From NCBI GenBank assembly GCA_963712535.1, contig CAVQIK010000002.1:27250-91249 (forward strand): a DNA stretch of 64,000 bases, in the 5' to 3' direction. The first letter of the stretch is position 1; each line of letters opens with the position of its first letter. The notes under the pieces were generated by a model. It saw only the letters and a list, made by a program, of their open reading frames with translations, was not told the DNA's origin and did no database searches. This document shows positions 29,988 through 39,861 of this stretch, one piece after another. The translations under genes were made by a program, and so were the position numbers. Source of the stretch: an uncultured delta proteobacterium. GTDB taxonomy: Bacteria > Desulfobacterota > SM23-61.

Positions 29988-30245
29988 GTGTTCGACTTTG
30001 GCGGGGAAGCTCCCTACACGTTCGAATTTCAATCCAACCGCGGGCCGGTCTACGGGGACTTCTATATGAAAGGCGGAAAGTCCGGTTTTGCGTATAATGC
30101 CGGCCTGTCGGATGAGGATTCCGCCTGTGTTTTTGACTTTGTAGCCCGTCCGGATGGAACGACGAGCGTCCCGGAGCCGGCCTCCATAATCCTGCTCGCC
30201 TGCGGTCTCGTGGGTCTCGCGGCCTCCAGGAAAAACAGTCGTTAG
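29988..30245 (+). pseudogene. 3' fragment of a PEP-CTERM (exosortase-sorted) protein gene
   Basis: Ends ...TSVPEPASIILLACGLVGLAASRKNSR, which is a PEP motif, TM helix and basic tail. The open frame is only about 100 codons with no signal peptide, so the 5' part is missing. Confidence 0.45.
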
Positions 30246-30268
30246 AGTTTTCGCCGATCCCGACATCA

Positions 30269-30296
30269 GGCAGGGCCAATCGCCCTGCCTTTTTTT
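30269..30296 (+). terminator. intrinsic terminator
   Basis: GGCAGGGCcaatcGCCCTGCC followed by TTTTTTT. Confidence 0.55.
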
Positions 30297-30374
30297 CCCG
30301 TGGGTCCCCACTCGCCGGGCAACCGCGGCAACGTCTTCCTTTGAGAACAAGATTCCTGCCTTATGCTTTCTTAT

Positions 30375-30884
30375 TCAACACCGCAGACTTCGCCGTTTAA
30401 GCCCAAACCTCCTCCAAACGCTCCCATGGCTCTGATAACTTCCCAATCTTTTTCCCCCAATTTCTCTTGCCCGACCGCAAGAGTGGCCTGGTTTCACATG
30501 AATAGCTTCGGCTTCATAATCTCCCGAATCGCTTTTTCCCGCATTTCCTCCAATGTCATGCCGTTTCTCCCCAAAATGGCGGTCATTAAACCCGGGATAA
30601 CTCTCCCGGGATAGTTCTAAGACTCTTTCCTTCACCTCCGGAGGGATACGGTTTCCTGGGCTTCGCCCGGTGTTCCCATGGAACAGTCCCTTGGCTCCTT
30701 TCTTCTGGACTTTCTTGTTGATCTGCTTGGCGTGCCGGTAGGATACGCCGATCATCTCGGCCGCTTCCCTCAAGGTGAGTTTTCCCGCTTCCACCAACTT
30801 CAACGCATGATACCGTTGTAGTTGCCTTTGACTCATAAATATTTTGTCCCCTTCCAAGGGGACATGTCCCCTTGGGTAACACAT
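30375..30884 (-). mobile_element. IS transposase N-terminal (HTH) fragment, ISNCY/IS1202- or IS481-like; DDE domain absent
   Basis: QLQRYHALKLVEAGKLTLREAAEMIGVSYRHAKQINKKVQKKGAKGLFHGNTGRSPGNRIPPEVKERVLELSRESYPGFNDRHFGEK matches the HTH N-terminus of these transposases. The downstream sequence degenerates. Confidence 0.45.
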
Positions 30885-30979
30885 TGTGGTATTTTCTTCT
30901 TGCCCTCCAACCCCCTTTTCCGTATACTGACCTCACCCAAAAGCGAGTTCTTATCAATAATTGATCTGGAGGTGCCAAA

Positions 30980-31267
30980 ATGACAAGCGAGCAGACCGAC
31001 GAGTTGGATCGGCTCAGAGCGCTGTTGGACAAAGCGAACCTGCGTGTCGCTGATGTGGAGCGGGTTCTAGGGCGTCTCATCGCTGGCTGCGGCATTGACT
31101 GCGATGGTGGGTGTTCGGGCGGGTGTCACACCTGCTCGCCCGGCTGCGGCAGTGGCGGCAAGAACAAGGGCGAACTCGGTGGACTGGTGTCATATCCGGA
31201 ACAGCTCCTGCGTGCTGTCGAAGAGGCCCTGCGGCCGCTTGTGCGGCCGACCCCTGCGAAAGGGTAA
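30980..31267 (+). CDS. cysteine-rich small peptide (candidate RiPP precursor: leader plus CGIDCDGGCSGGCHTCSPGC core)
   Basis: 95-aa ORF with RBS ggagg 8 nt upstream. Six Cys in 20 residues, using mixed TGC/TGT codons. The stop lies 28 nt before the rSAM gene. Confidence 0.5.
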   Translation: MTSEQTDELDRLRALLDKANLRVADVERVLGRLIAGCGIDCDGGCSGGCHTCSPGCGSGGKNKGELGGLVSYPEQLLRAVEEALRPLVRPTPAKG

Positions 31268-31295
31268 CCTCGACGGTGTCTCGGGAAATAGCTGA

Positions 31296-32789
31296 TTGAG
31301 CAATATCAAGGACAGCCCTCGCCGGGACCAAGGGGTTGAATATCTCCCCGTGGAGGCGGAACGGTCGATGCGTCTCTGCTTCAATCCGGATCTAGTGCTT
31401 CGGCCGGACGTAAACCGGGCTGTGGTCTTTGTCCGCGATGAGATCGAAAGCGGACTGAATGGATTTGTGCAATTTCTACATCCCAGACACGCGGTCCTTC
31501 TCGCGATGTTCAATGGGGATCGAACGGTCGAAGACGGATTGCGGGACTGGGCCTATGTTGGCGGCCTGCCCGGGCCAGAAGCGGCCCGCGAGGAAGTTGC
31601 CGGCCTCGTGAGGTCCTGGGGTCACCTGCCCCTTTTGCTACCTAGAGATATCGTGGCCGGACGAGAGATTCCGAGCTATGATCCTGCGTCCTTCGTGGTG
31701 CCCGCGGAGCGAGTTGATCTCGACACACGACGCTGCAAGCAGCCAATCGATTTCCTTCACGTGGTTACTTTCAGCTGCGTCGTGGACTGTGCCTACTGCT
31801 TCTCGCGTCCCGCCGGGGCGACTCGCGAACTCTTGCCCCTCGGGCGGCTAGCGGAACTTCTGGAAGAGGCTAGCCAGCTCGGCATTAAGACGGTCGTCTT
31901 ATCGGGTGGAGATCCTCTCTGTCACCCTCGTGCCGCAGACCTGATCGAGCTCTACGTTGCACACGGTATTACGCCGAAGGTGTCCACGAAGGTTCCACTG
32001 AGCGACCGCGGGGCGCGCCGGCTCCGGCATGCTGGCCTCGAGAGCATCCAGGTCAGCATTGATGCCATGGATGAATTCTCCCATGATTCGCTGGTGAGTC
32101 GCCCCGGTCACCACCGGAAGCTGCTCGCAAGCCTCGACCACATCCGCGATGCGGGCCTACGGCTGCGAACCAATACCGTTGTAACCTCTCGAAATTACCC
32201 GGACGCCCTCCGGCTCATCCCGTATCTGGCGGAGCGGTATGAAAACCTCGTAAAGATCGAGCTTAGCCCCTACGGTCGCTCGCTCTACCGGCATGAGGAT
32301 GGACTTTTCCTCTCTGGCGAACAGCAGATTGAGCTCCGCGAGCACGTGGCAACGTATCAGGCGCGCTATCCGCAGATACGGATCCACGCTGGTGAAGGAG
32401 GCGGGACGACTGCAGATCGTCGCCCGCACGACCGAAAGCTGGAGGATTACCGCAACCGAGCATTTTGTTCCGGCGGGCGCTGGGGCTTTACCTTACTTCC
32501 GGACGGGCAGGTCACCATGTGCGAGGAGCTGTACTACCATCCGGCCTTCCTGGTCGGTGATCTCCGCCGACAGAGCATCATGGAGATGTGGAACTCTCGG
32601 GAACTTCACAGCCTTCTATGTCCAGAGCAAAGCCAGGCACTGGGCCCGTGTTCCACCTGTCCGATCTTCGCAGAATGTCATTACGGGAAGGGTCGGTGCT
32701 ACAAACGCGCTCTCCAGGGTTACGGTATCAACCAGCCCGACTGGCCCGATCCCACATGCCCGTACGCGCCCGAGCCGCGACGGTTCTAA
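31296..32789 (+). CDS. radical SAM/SPASM-domain peptide-modifying enzyme with an N-terminal extension (possible RRE)
   Basis: CVVDCAYC (CX3CX2C) rSAM cluster motif, GGDPL glycine-rich SAM motif and a C-terminal SPASM Cys array (C...GPCSTCPIFAECHYGKGRC). There is a TTG start at 31296 and an alternative ATG at 31371. Confidence 0.85.
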   Translation: MSNIKDSPRRDQGVEYLPVEAERSMRLCFNPDLVLRPDVNRAVVFVRDEIESGLNGFVQFLHPRHAVLLAMFNGDRTVEDGLRDWAYVGGLPGPEAAREEVAGLVRSWGHLPLLLPRDIVAGREIPSYDPASFVVPAERVDLDTRRCKQPIDFLHVVTFSCVVDCAYCFSRPAGATRELLPLGRLAELLEEASQLGIKTVVLSGGDPLCHPRAADLIELYVAHGITPKVSTKVPLSDRGARRLRHAGLESIQVSIDAMDEFSHDSLVSRPGHHRKLLASLDHIRDAGLRLRTNTVVTSRNYPDALRLIPYLAERYENLVKIELSPYGRSLYRHEDGLFLSGEQQIELREHVATYQARYPQIRIHAGEGGGTTADRRPHDRKLEDYRNRAFCSGGRWGFTLLPDGQVTMCEELYYHPAFLVGDLRRQSIMEMWNSRELHSLLCPEQSQALGPCSTCPIFAECHYGKGRCYKRALQGYGINQPDWPDPTCPYAPEPRRF

Positions 32790-33563
32790 AGACTCTCTAA
32801 CGGATCTCACAGGTATCCTCGCATGCTGCAACGGGTGCCTGGAAGATTTCGCTCGGCTGACCAAGCTAGACTGACACGACCAAGGGTGGCGAGCCTCTCG
32901 CACCACAGAGCAAGCAGCCCCGACCCGAGCCCGCCGAGCACGTAGACCAGTCGCGGGCCGGCCCCGCCGATCTCGCCGGCATGGATGGCCCGCGCGACCG
33001 CAAGGATCCTGCTCGTCCACGCCGCGTGCCTCGAGTCACGCCTACGAAGACATGCAGCCGGATGGCGAGCGAACGGACCCGCATCAGTCCCAGACGCCAG
33101 CGCGATTCGCAGCGGGCGTCGCGCGTGGCGCGGCTTCCCGGCAACTATGACTTCTTCATGCCCGGGATCTCCTTGCCGGTGGCCACGTCGACGACCGACC
33201 GTTCTCGAGGCTGATGCGATAGATCTCGCGCAGCACGTTGCCGGCGAACCCGATCTCGACGATGGACAGTGTGGGGCAAACGGGACGTTCGTGCAGAACG
33301 TGCCTGGTGAATTTTGAATAACAACTGCGGCCCCAAGCTCGTTACAATTGATTAAGAAATACGCTCTTGTTCACCCTCAATCAAGGGGAAAATTGCTTAT
33401 GGGAATAGCCTCGGTTTTCACGTCCAAGTTGATGACTTTCGTTTGAAATGTTGAATTCTTGGGGATGACCCTAAAAACAAGAGTACAGGAAGAAGTCGCT
33501 TAAGGGCCCGCAATTATGTGTAACAACCGATGAACTCAGAGTGTGCCTAGATAAGAAAAGTTT

Positions 33564-34265
33564 CTATACCCCCAGGTACGTTTTCATGATCTCCGGTTTT
33601 TCGCGCAGTTCGGAGATCGCTCCCTGCCAGTTAACCTGGCCTTTTTCCAGAATGTAGGCCCGGTCGGATACTTTAAAGGCGAAACCGGAATTCTGCTCCG
33701 AAAGGAGTATGGTGAGGCCTTCTTTTTTGAGGGCCAGGATCTGTTCCCCGATGGATCTGGTCACGAGAGGCGCCAGGCCTTCCGAAGGCTCATCCAGGAG
33801 AAGGAGCCGGGGATTGCCCATCAGGGTCCGGGCGATGGTCAGCATCTGCTGCTCGCCGCCGGAGAGGGTCCCGCCCCATTGTTTATCCCGATGCTGCAGG
33901 ATGGGAAACAAACGGTGGACCTTTTCGATGGTCCAGCCGCCTGTTTCTTTCCCTTTCTGGACCCCGATCTCCAGGTTTTCCCGGACCGTGAGATCCGGGA
34001 AGATGAGGCGATCTTCCGGGACCAGGCCCACGCCCAGGCGGGCGATTTCGAAAGGCTGCTTCCCCCGGATTTCCTTCCCGTGCAGTCTTATGTTCCCCGA
34101 CCGCGGCGGCGTGAGCCCCATGATACTCCGGAAAGTGGTCGTCTTCCCCACGCCGTTTCGCCCCAGAAGCGTGATGGTCTCCCCTTCATTGACTTCGAGG
34201 GAAACCCCGAAGAGGATGTGGATGATGCCGTAGTAGGTATGGATGTCTTTGACTTCGAGGAGCAT
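33564..34265 (-). CDS. livF: branched-chain amino acid ABC transporter ATP-binding protein LivF
   Basis: Walker A GRNGVGKTT, ABC signature LSGGEQQ, Walker B LLLDEPS. Confidence 0.85.
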   Translation of the reverse strand: MLLEVKDIHTYYGIIHILFGVSLEVNEGETITLLGRNGVGKTTTFRSIMGLTPPRSGNIRLHGKEIRGKQPFEIARLGVGLVPEDRLIFPDLTVRENLEIGVQKGKETGGWTIEKVHRLFPILQHRDKQWGGTLSGGEQQMLTIARTLMGNPRLLLLDEPSEGLAPLVTRSIGEQILALKKEGLTILLSEQNSGFAFKVSDRAYILEKGQVNWQGAISELREKPEIMKTYLGV

Positions 34266-35008
34266 CAGATCTTTTCCTCTCCTAAGTAGATCCGCTGAAC
34301 CTCGTCATTATTCCGGACCTCATCCGGGTTGCCGCTGAAGATGATCTTCCCCTGATGCAGAACCCTGATGTTGTCGGAAATGCCGAAGACGACGCTCATG
34401 TCGTGCTCCACAAAGATCAGGGTCAGCCCGCGCTGCCTCACCAATTTTTGAATGAGGTCGGTTGTCTCCAGGGTCTCTTTCGGGCTCATTCCCTGGGTCG
34501 GCTCGTCCAGAAGGAGCAGGGCCGGGCGAACGGCCAGGGCAATCCCGATTTCCAGCCGCTTCTGGTCCCCGTGGGCCAGAAGCCCGGCTTGCATTTCCTT
34601 TTTGTCCAGAAGGCCGACGCTTTCCAGAATCTCATCCGTCTCCTTACGGGCCAAATCCTTGGCCCGGGAGAAGAGATGATGGCTCTTCTTCTGGCCGGAA
34701 AATACAGCCACCTGTACGTTGGTGAACGTCGTCAAACGGGGAAATATGTTCAGGCGCTGGAAGGATCGTCCGATCCCCATTCGGCAAATCGCGTGGGAGG
34801 GCTGGCGGGTGATGTCTTGCCCCTGGAAGAAAACTTTTCCCGAATCGGGGAGGATGTGGCCGGTGAGAAGATTGAAAAAGGTCGTCTTTCCCGCCCCGTT
34901 CGGGCCGATGATCGAGACCAGCTCTCCCTTGTTAACCCGCAGACTCACGTCATGAACGGCGGTGAGCCCGCCGAAAGATTTGGTCAGATTTTGGGTTTCG
35001 AGAATCAT
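34265..35008 (-). CDS. livG: branched-chain amino acid ABC transporter ATP-binding protein LivG
   Basis: Walker A GPNGAGKTT and LivG-type C-terminus. Start/stop overlaps neighbouring genes. Confidence 0.85.
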   Translation of the reverse strand: MILETQNLTKSFGGLTAVHDVSLRVNKGELVSIIGPNGAGKTTFFNLLTGHILPDSGKVFFQGQDITRQPSHAICRMGIGRSFQRLNIFPRLTTFTNVQVAVFSGQKKSHHLFSRAKDLARKETDEILESVGLLDKKEMQAGLLAHGDQKRLEIGIALAVRPALLLLDEPTQGMSPKETLETTDLIQKLVRQRGLTLIFVEHDMSVVFGISDNIRVLHQGKIIFSGNPDEVRNNDEVQRIYLGEEKI

Positions 35009-35961
35009 CGGGCGGTTGACCTGTTCCGAACCTGAGAAAGTTTCTCCGCCAGAAAGCCCATGATACCGTTGCGCATGAAGAGAACCAGGAACACGACGAT
35101 GACGCCCAGGAAAAACATCCAGTAGGTTGTGTTTTTGGAGATCATCTTACTGATCAAAATATAGACGGCGGAACCCACGATCGGGCCGGCGAAGTTGTAG
35201 AGGCCCCCGAGGAGGCAGATCACGAGCATATCCGTCGATTTCACCCAGTGGGCATAATCGGGAAAGACGCTGCCGGCAAAGACGCAAAAGAGCGACCCCG
35301 CAACCCCGAGAAAGAGGCTCGAGAGGACGAAGACCGCCAGTTGGTATTTTCTGACATTCACCGCGATGAATTCCGTTCTGGTGGGGTTTTCCCGTATCGC
35401 CTGCAGCGTGGTCCCGAAAGGAGAGTGTACGATCCTCCACAGGAGGAAGATGCAGATGAGAACGATGACCAGGCTGAAATAATAGGAGCGGGTGATGGAA
35501 AGAACGAAATCGGGAATGGGAATGGACACCATCCCGTTGTCCCCGCCGGTAAAGTCGTACCATTCGAAGATGACCGTCCAGATGATCTGGGCGAAGGCGA
35601 GGGTCAGCAGGGCGAAATAGACCGCGCTGCGGCGCACGCAGAACCACCCCACAACGGTCCCGACTGCCGCAGCCATGACCGGGGCCATCAGCACCGCCAC
35701 GGCAAAAGGAGCCCCGTACCTGGTAAGGAGAATGGCCGTGGTATACGAGCCGACGGCATAGAGGCCGGCAGGCCCGAACGAAACCATGCCGCCGTACCCG
35801 AGCATCAAATTCAAGGCGCATCCGGCCAGGGCCATGATGAGCATCTCATTGACCAGACTGATCCAGCTTTGAGGAATGAACAAGGGAAGCAGGGAGAGAA
35901 CGGCCGAGGCCAGGAGGAACCAAAGTCCCGCGGAATCTGCCTTGAAAAAATCTTTCGCCAT
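35005..35961 (-). CDS. livM: branched-chain amino acid ABC transporter permease LivM
   Basis: Polytopic BPD_transp_2 family protein. Confidence 0.8.
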   Translation of the reverse strand: MAKDFFKADSAGLWFLLASAVLSLLPLFIPQSWISLVNEMLIMALAGCALNLMLGYGGMVSFGPAGLYAVGSYTTAILLTRYGAPFAVAVLMAPVMAAAVGTVVGWFCVRRSAVYFALLTLAFAQIIWTVIFEWYDFTGGDNGMVSIPIPDFVLSITRSYYFSLVIVLICIFLLWRIVHSPFGTTLQAIRENPTRTEFIAVNVRKYQLAVFVLSSLFLGVAGSLFCVFAGSVFPDYAHWVKSTDMLVICLLGGLYNFAGPIVGSAVYILISKMISKNTTYWMFFLGVIVVFLVLFMRNGIMGFLAEKLSQVRNRSTAR

Positions 35962-35970
35962 CCAGCCTCT

Positions 35971-36849
35971 CTATTCCGGTTTTCCCAGCAGACCCCAGGG
36001 ACGGATGATGAGGATTACGATCATGAGCATGAAGGCGAAGGCGACTGCCAGTTTCGGGATGATGTAGATCCCGAAGGCATTTAATAATCCCAGAATAATG
36101 GCCCCCAGGAAGGCCCCGGGCAGGCTCCCCAATCCCCCGATAACGACGATGATAAAACACTCGATGATCACGGCCATGTCCGACCCCAGGGCGACCACCG
36201 ACATGGGCGGCATCAGGGTCCCCGCCAGTCCGGCCAGATAGCTGCCGAGCATGAAGACCCCGGTATAGATGCGCGGGACGTTAATACCCAGCGCATTAGC
36301 CATCTCCCGGTTGTACGTCACGGCGCGGACGGTGCGGCCCAAAGCCGAATAGCGCATCAGCGCCGAAAGGCCCAGGAAGACGGCAAAACCGCAGGCGATC
36401 AGAAAGAGATTGTACACGGGGAAGGACAACCCCCAGATGAAGACCTTTCCGTTGACAGGCCAGGGCGGCGCCACCGTATGGTAGCCCACGCCGAAAAAGA
36501 ACTTGCACGCCTCTCCCAAGATCAGGATCAGGGCGAACGTGAGGAGGTACTGGTAAAGCATCTCCTGGGAATAGATGCGGCGCAGGAGAAAGATTTCGAT
36601 CAGGCCGCCGAGGAGGGCCACAGCGATAGGCGCGAGCAGCAGGGTCCACCAGTAGGCGCCGGGGATTTGAGCCAGAAGAGAGGTAAACCCGAAACAGAGA
36701 AAGCTCCCGGTCATGAAGATGGATCCATGAGCCAGGTTCAAGACCTTCAGCGTGCCGAAGATGATGGACAGGCCGGCGGCGATGAGAAAGAGAACCATTC
36801 CCACGCTCAAACCGCTCAACGCCTGGCCCGCAGCGGCCTCAAAGGTCAC
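35971..36849 (-). CDS. livH: branched-chain amino acid ABC transporter permease LivH
   Basis: Polytopic BPD_transp_2 family protein. Confidence 0.8.
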   Translation of the reverse strand: MTFEAAAGQALSGLSVGMVLFLIAAGLSIIFGTLKVLNLAHGSIFMTGSFLCFGFTSLLAQIPGAYWWTLLLAPIAVALLGGLIEIFLLRRIYSQEMLYQYLLTFALILILGEACKFFFGVGYHTVAPPWPVNGKVFIWGLSFPVYNLFLIACGFAVFLGLSALMRYSALGRTVRAVTYNREMANALGINVPRIYTGVFMLGSYLAGLAGTLMPPMSVVALGSDMAVIIECFIIVVIGGLGSLPGAFLGAIILGLLNAFGIYIIPKLAVAFAFMLMIVILIIRPWGLLGKPE

Positions 36850-37005
36850 AAAAACCTCTCCTCACGATGCCGGCAAGGATTCATTCCCCACCCGGCGCCG
36901 GGGCCCGGGTAAGTCGGGATGAGAATAGATGAGATAGTACGCGCCCTCCATTTGGCCTGTACAAACCGGACCGGTGAGGGGATCTACTCCTTTAGAACTA
37001 ATCCG

Positions 37006-37142
37006 CAAATAATATTCCCCCCTTTGCAAAGGGGGGTTGGGGGGATTTTCCCTAAGTTATCCAAAGCAAATCCCCCTTTGTCCCCCTTTTTCAAAGGGGG
37101 ATTTAAACCAAGAGCTTATTTAAGGATAAGCCCCTTGTCTAT
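37006..37142. repeat. REP pair plus hairpin (inverted copy of 29326..29462) in the livK-livH intergenic region
   Basis: See 29326..29462. Lies inside the liv operon. Confidence 0.6.
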
Positions 37143-38377
37143 TTCCCCCCGCGGAGCTTCTTGATCTGCTCCACCGTGTGGTAGCCCTCTTCCCCGAGAA
37201 TATCCACTTTGGTGATGTGCGGGAAGGTCAATTCCGGCGTGAAATCCATGATCCCGTACCAGTTGGGCATCATGGCCTGGTGATCGTAGGCTCGGATGGG
37301 GACTTTGCCCACGAACGTGTCCAGGGTCATTCCTTCGAGAGCCTTGACGATCTTTTCCGTATCCACGGCCCCGGTCTTTTCGATGGCGGCCTTCAGGGCG
37401 TACAGGATGAAGTACTGATTCATGGCGCCGTACGAAGGCCAGAAGCCGACCATCTTGTTGTGCTTTTCCACGAACGCCTTGCTCTTCGGGTCCTGAATCG
37501 CCCAGAAAGGATACCGGCAGGTGGCCAGCGCGCCCTTGGGGTATGGCTCTCCCTTCTTTACCCCGGACCAGGTTTCCACGTCCCCGGCGCAGGGTTGGAT
37601 GGCGTGCATCTTGTCATAGAGGCCGAAGGCATACGCCTGTTTGGTGAAGGCCAGCTCCCCGCCTCCGTAGATGCAGGCGAGGAAGAAAGCATCGGCCCCG
37701 GAATTGGCGATTTTGGTGATGTAAGCGGTAAAGTCGGTGGTGTTCAGGGGCGCCCAGAGTTCATCCACGATCTTGGCCTCCGGAACGAGCTGGAGATATT
37801 TTTCTTTGAACCCCTTGAGAGAATTTTTCCCGGTCTCGTAATCGAAGCCGAGGCTCACGATCTTTTTATCCTTCCAGGTCTTGCCCAGGGCGATGGCCGG
37901 GGCGTATCCCCAATAGGGAACGGCGTTGGTGTCGATGCGGAAAACGTAAGGATGCCAGTTTTCCTCGGTAAGGCTGGAAGATTGGGAGATATTGATGAGG
38001 AAGATCTTCTTTTCTCTTTTCACGTAATTGGAAATGGCCAGCGCGACGGCGCTGCTGATGGTTCCCGTAAGGAAGTCGGCTTTTTCGCTAAGGAGGAGGT
38101 CTTTCGCCTCCCGCAGACCCACCTCGGGGTTGAGCTTGTCGTCCCGGGTGATCATCTTCAGGGGCCGGCCTAGGATTCCGCCGGCGGCGTTGATTTCCTC
38201 AAGGGCGATTTTACCCCCCGCTTCGGAGCTGATCCCGTACATGGACATGGCTCCGCTCATGGAATGGATAAACCCGATGACAATGGGCTTTTTTTCCTGC
38301 GCCTGCGCGGGTACGGCCAGGCCAAGGGCCATCCCTGCCAGCAGTACAGCTACGATCAACGCGAATCCCTTTCTCAT
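37139..38377 (-). CDS. livK: ABC transporter substrate-binding protein (Leu/Ile/Val-binding LivK family)
   Basis: Signal peptide plus Peripla_BP_6-like sequence. Confidence 0.8.
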   Translation of the reverse strand: MRKGFALIVAVLLAGMALGLAVPAQAQEKKPIVIGFIHSMSGAMSMYGISSEAGGKIALEEINAAGGILGRPLKMITRDDKLNPEVGLREAKDLLLSEKADFLTGTISSAVALAISNYVKREKKIFLINISQSSSLTEENWHPYVFRIDTNAVPYWGYAPAIALGKTWKDKKIVSLGFDYETGKNSLKGFKEKYLQLVPEAKIVDELWAPLNTTDFTAYITKIANSGADAFFLACIYGGGELAFTKQAYAFGLYDKMHAIQPCAGDVETWSGVKKGEPYPKGALATCRYPFWAIQDPKSKAFVEKHNKMVGFWPSYGAMNQYFILYALKAAIEKTGAVDTEKIVKALEGMTLDTFVGKVPIRAYDHQAMMPNWYGIMDFTPELTFPHITKVDILGEEGYHTVEQIKKLRGGK

Positions 38378-38397
38378 GCGGCCCTCCTCCAGTGAAT

Positions 38398-38506
38398 TAT
38401 AGTGAACGACTTAAATAAGGTGACGTCAGATGAGCTCTCATAAGATTTAGTTCCCGTGCCAAATCCCCCCTGCCCCCCTTTTACAAAGGGGGGTTGGGGG
38501 GGATTT
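38398..38506. repeat. composite repeat (27-bp motif plus REP), partner of 26729..26830
   Basis: tatagtgaacgacttaaataaggtgac ... aaatcccccctgcccccctttacaaaggggggttgggggggattt. Confidence 0.55.
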
Positions 38507-38665
38507 CTTCAGGGAATGCCGGATAGCAGTGACTACTTTCTTTTGCCGTTGACTATAGGTTTTTAACGACCCTTCGCTTCAACGTCAGATATCCCACTCC
38601 TAATTACGGTGAGTACGGGCAGTGTGACACCGGGAAAGCGACAATCTGACTATGAACCTTGACGC

Positions 38666-39766
38666 CTACTTCGCGACCTGGACCGTTTCCCGCTTCACCA
38701 GATCCCAGTCAATCTCATAACCGAGGCCTGGTTTCTCCGGTGCGTAGACGAAGCCCTGGTCGTCCACCTCGATGTCCTTCACCAGCCCGTATTTATTGGC
38801 TCCGGTGGATGGAAACACCTCGTAAAAATCACAGTTGCCCACCGCCATGGTGACATGCAGGTTGGCGACATTGTTGAGCGAGTTCCCGCCGTGATGGATT
38901 TCGCACTTCATCCGGAAGGCCTCGGCGAGGTGAGCAATTTTTACCAGGGGGGTGATACCGCCGCTCACGGCCACGTCGCCCCGCAGCATATCCGTGGCCA
39001 TCTGCTGGATCCATTGAGCCATCCCGTAGAACCGGCCGGGAGCGTATTCGGTCGCCAGAATGGGAATGTCCAGTTTCTGTCTCAGCTTGACATAGTTGTA
39101 AATATCCTCATCCGCGAGCGGGTCTTCGTACCAGACATAGTCCAGTTCTTCAATTGCCCGGCCCACCCGGATTGCGTCCTCATAGCTGTACGCCCACATG
39201 GAATCCAGCATGAGGGTCATCTCGTCCCCGACCGCCTTGCGCACCGCCCGGCAGATTTCGACATCTTCCCGGGGAACGGCGTGAGGATGGACCTTGTATG
39301 CCGTCCATCCCAGCCTTTTAAAGTGCAACGCTTCTTCAGCATAAGCCTCCGAGGTCGGCATCCATCCCGAACTGGCGTAAGCCGGAACCCGATCCCGGCA
39401 AGTCCCCAGCAGGCGGTGAATGGGCAGATTGGCCACTTTCCCGGCAATGTCCCACAGGGCGACGTCAACGGCGCACATCGCATAGGTTGAAATATTGCGA
39501 TTCATTTTCCAAAGTTTGTGCCAAATGGCCCCGATGTCGAGGGGATTCGCGCCCATGATCGCCGGCTTGGCAAATTCGATCAGGGGTCCGGCGTAGGCGT
39601 CGGCCCCCTGCCTCGAGGAGCCGAGAAACGCATGGCCCTCAACGCCTGTATCGGTTCGCACCGTGACCACGCCCAGGAGGCGGCGGCCCCCGAAAGAACC
39701 GCCCCCCGTCCGCCATACCTCGCTTTTCCAGTTAAACATGGTCATGGTTAGATCAGTAATTTTCAC
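38666..39766 (-). CDS. enolase-superfamily enzyme (MR/MLE family; acid-sugar dehydratase-like)
   Basis: MR/MLE capping domain and barrel ligands. Confidence 0.75.
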   Translation of the reverse strand: MKITDLTMTMFNWKSEVWRTGGGSFGGRRLLGVVTVRTDTGVEGHAFLGSSRQGADAYAGPLIEFAKPAIMGANPLDIGAIWHKLWKMNRNISTYAMCAVDVALWDIAGKVANLPIHRLLGTCRDRVPAYASSGWMPTSEAYAEEALHFKRLGWTAYKVHPHAVPREDVEICRAVRKAVGDEMTLMLDSMWAYSYEDAIRVGRAIEELDYVWYEDPLADEDIYNYVKLRQKLDIPILATEYAPGRFYGMAQWIQQMATDMLRGDVAVSGGITPLVKIAHLAEAFRMKCEIHHGGNSLNNVANLHVTMAVGNCDFYEVFPSTGANKYGLVKDIEVDDQGFVYAPEKPGLGYEIDWDLVKRETVQVAK

Positions 39767-39861
39767 GTAAACCTCCTCGTGAGATTTCTTGCCTGCCCAG
39801 GGCGGGGTGAACCCCCCTACCCGATGTTCATTGGATCGATAAAATTAAAGCAGGTTTCCTT

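Noticed and set aside
30363-30614. 83-aa plus-strand ORF overlapping the IS fragment
   Set aside because: It lies antisense to the transposase-remnant reading frame and has no features.
32800-33330. ORFs 32866..33144(-), 32985..33317(+) and 32616..33020(-) downstream of the rSAM gene, as possible transporter or immunity genes for the RiPP locus
   Set aside because: Translations are Arg-rich and low complexity with no domain features. Only a short protein-like frame without a start codon is visible, so they are treated as a non-coding remnant.
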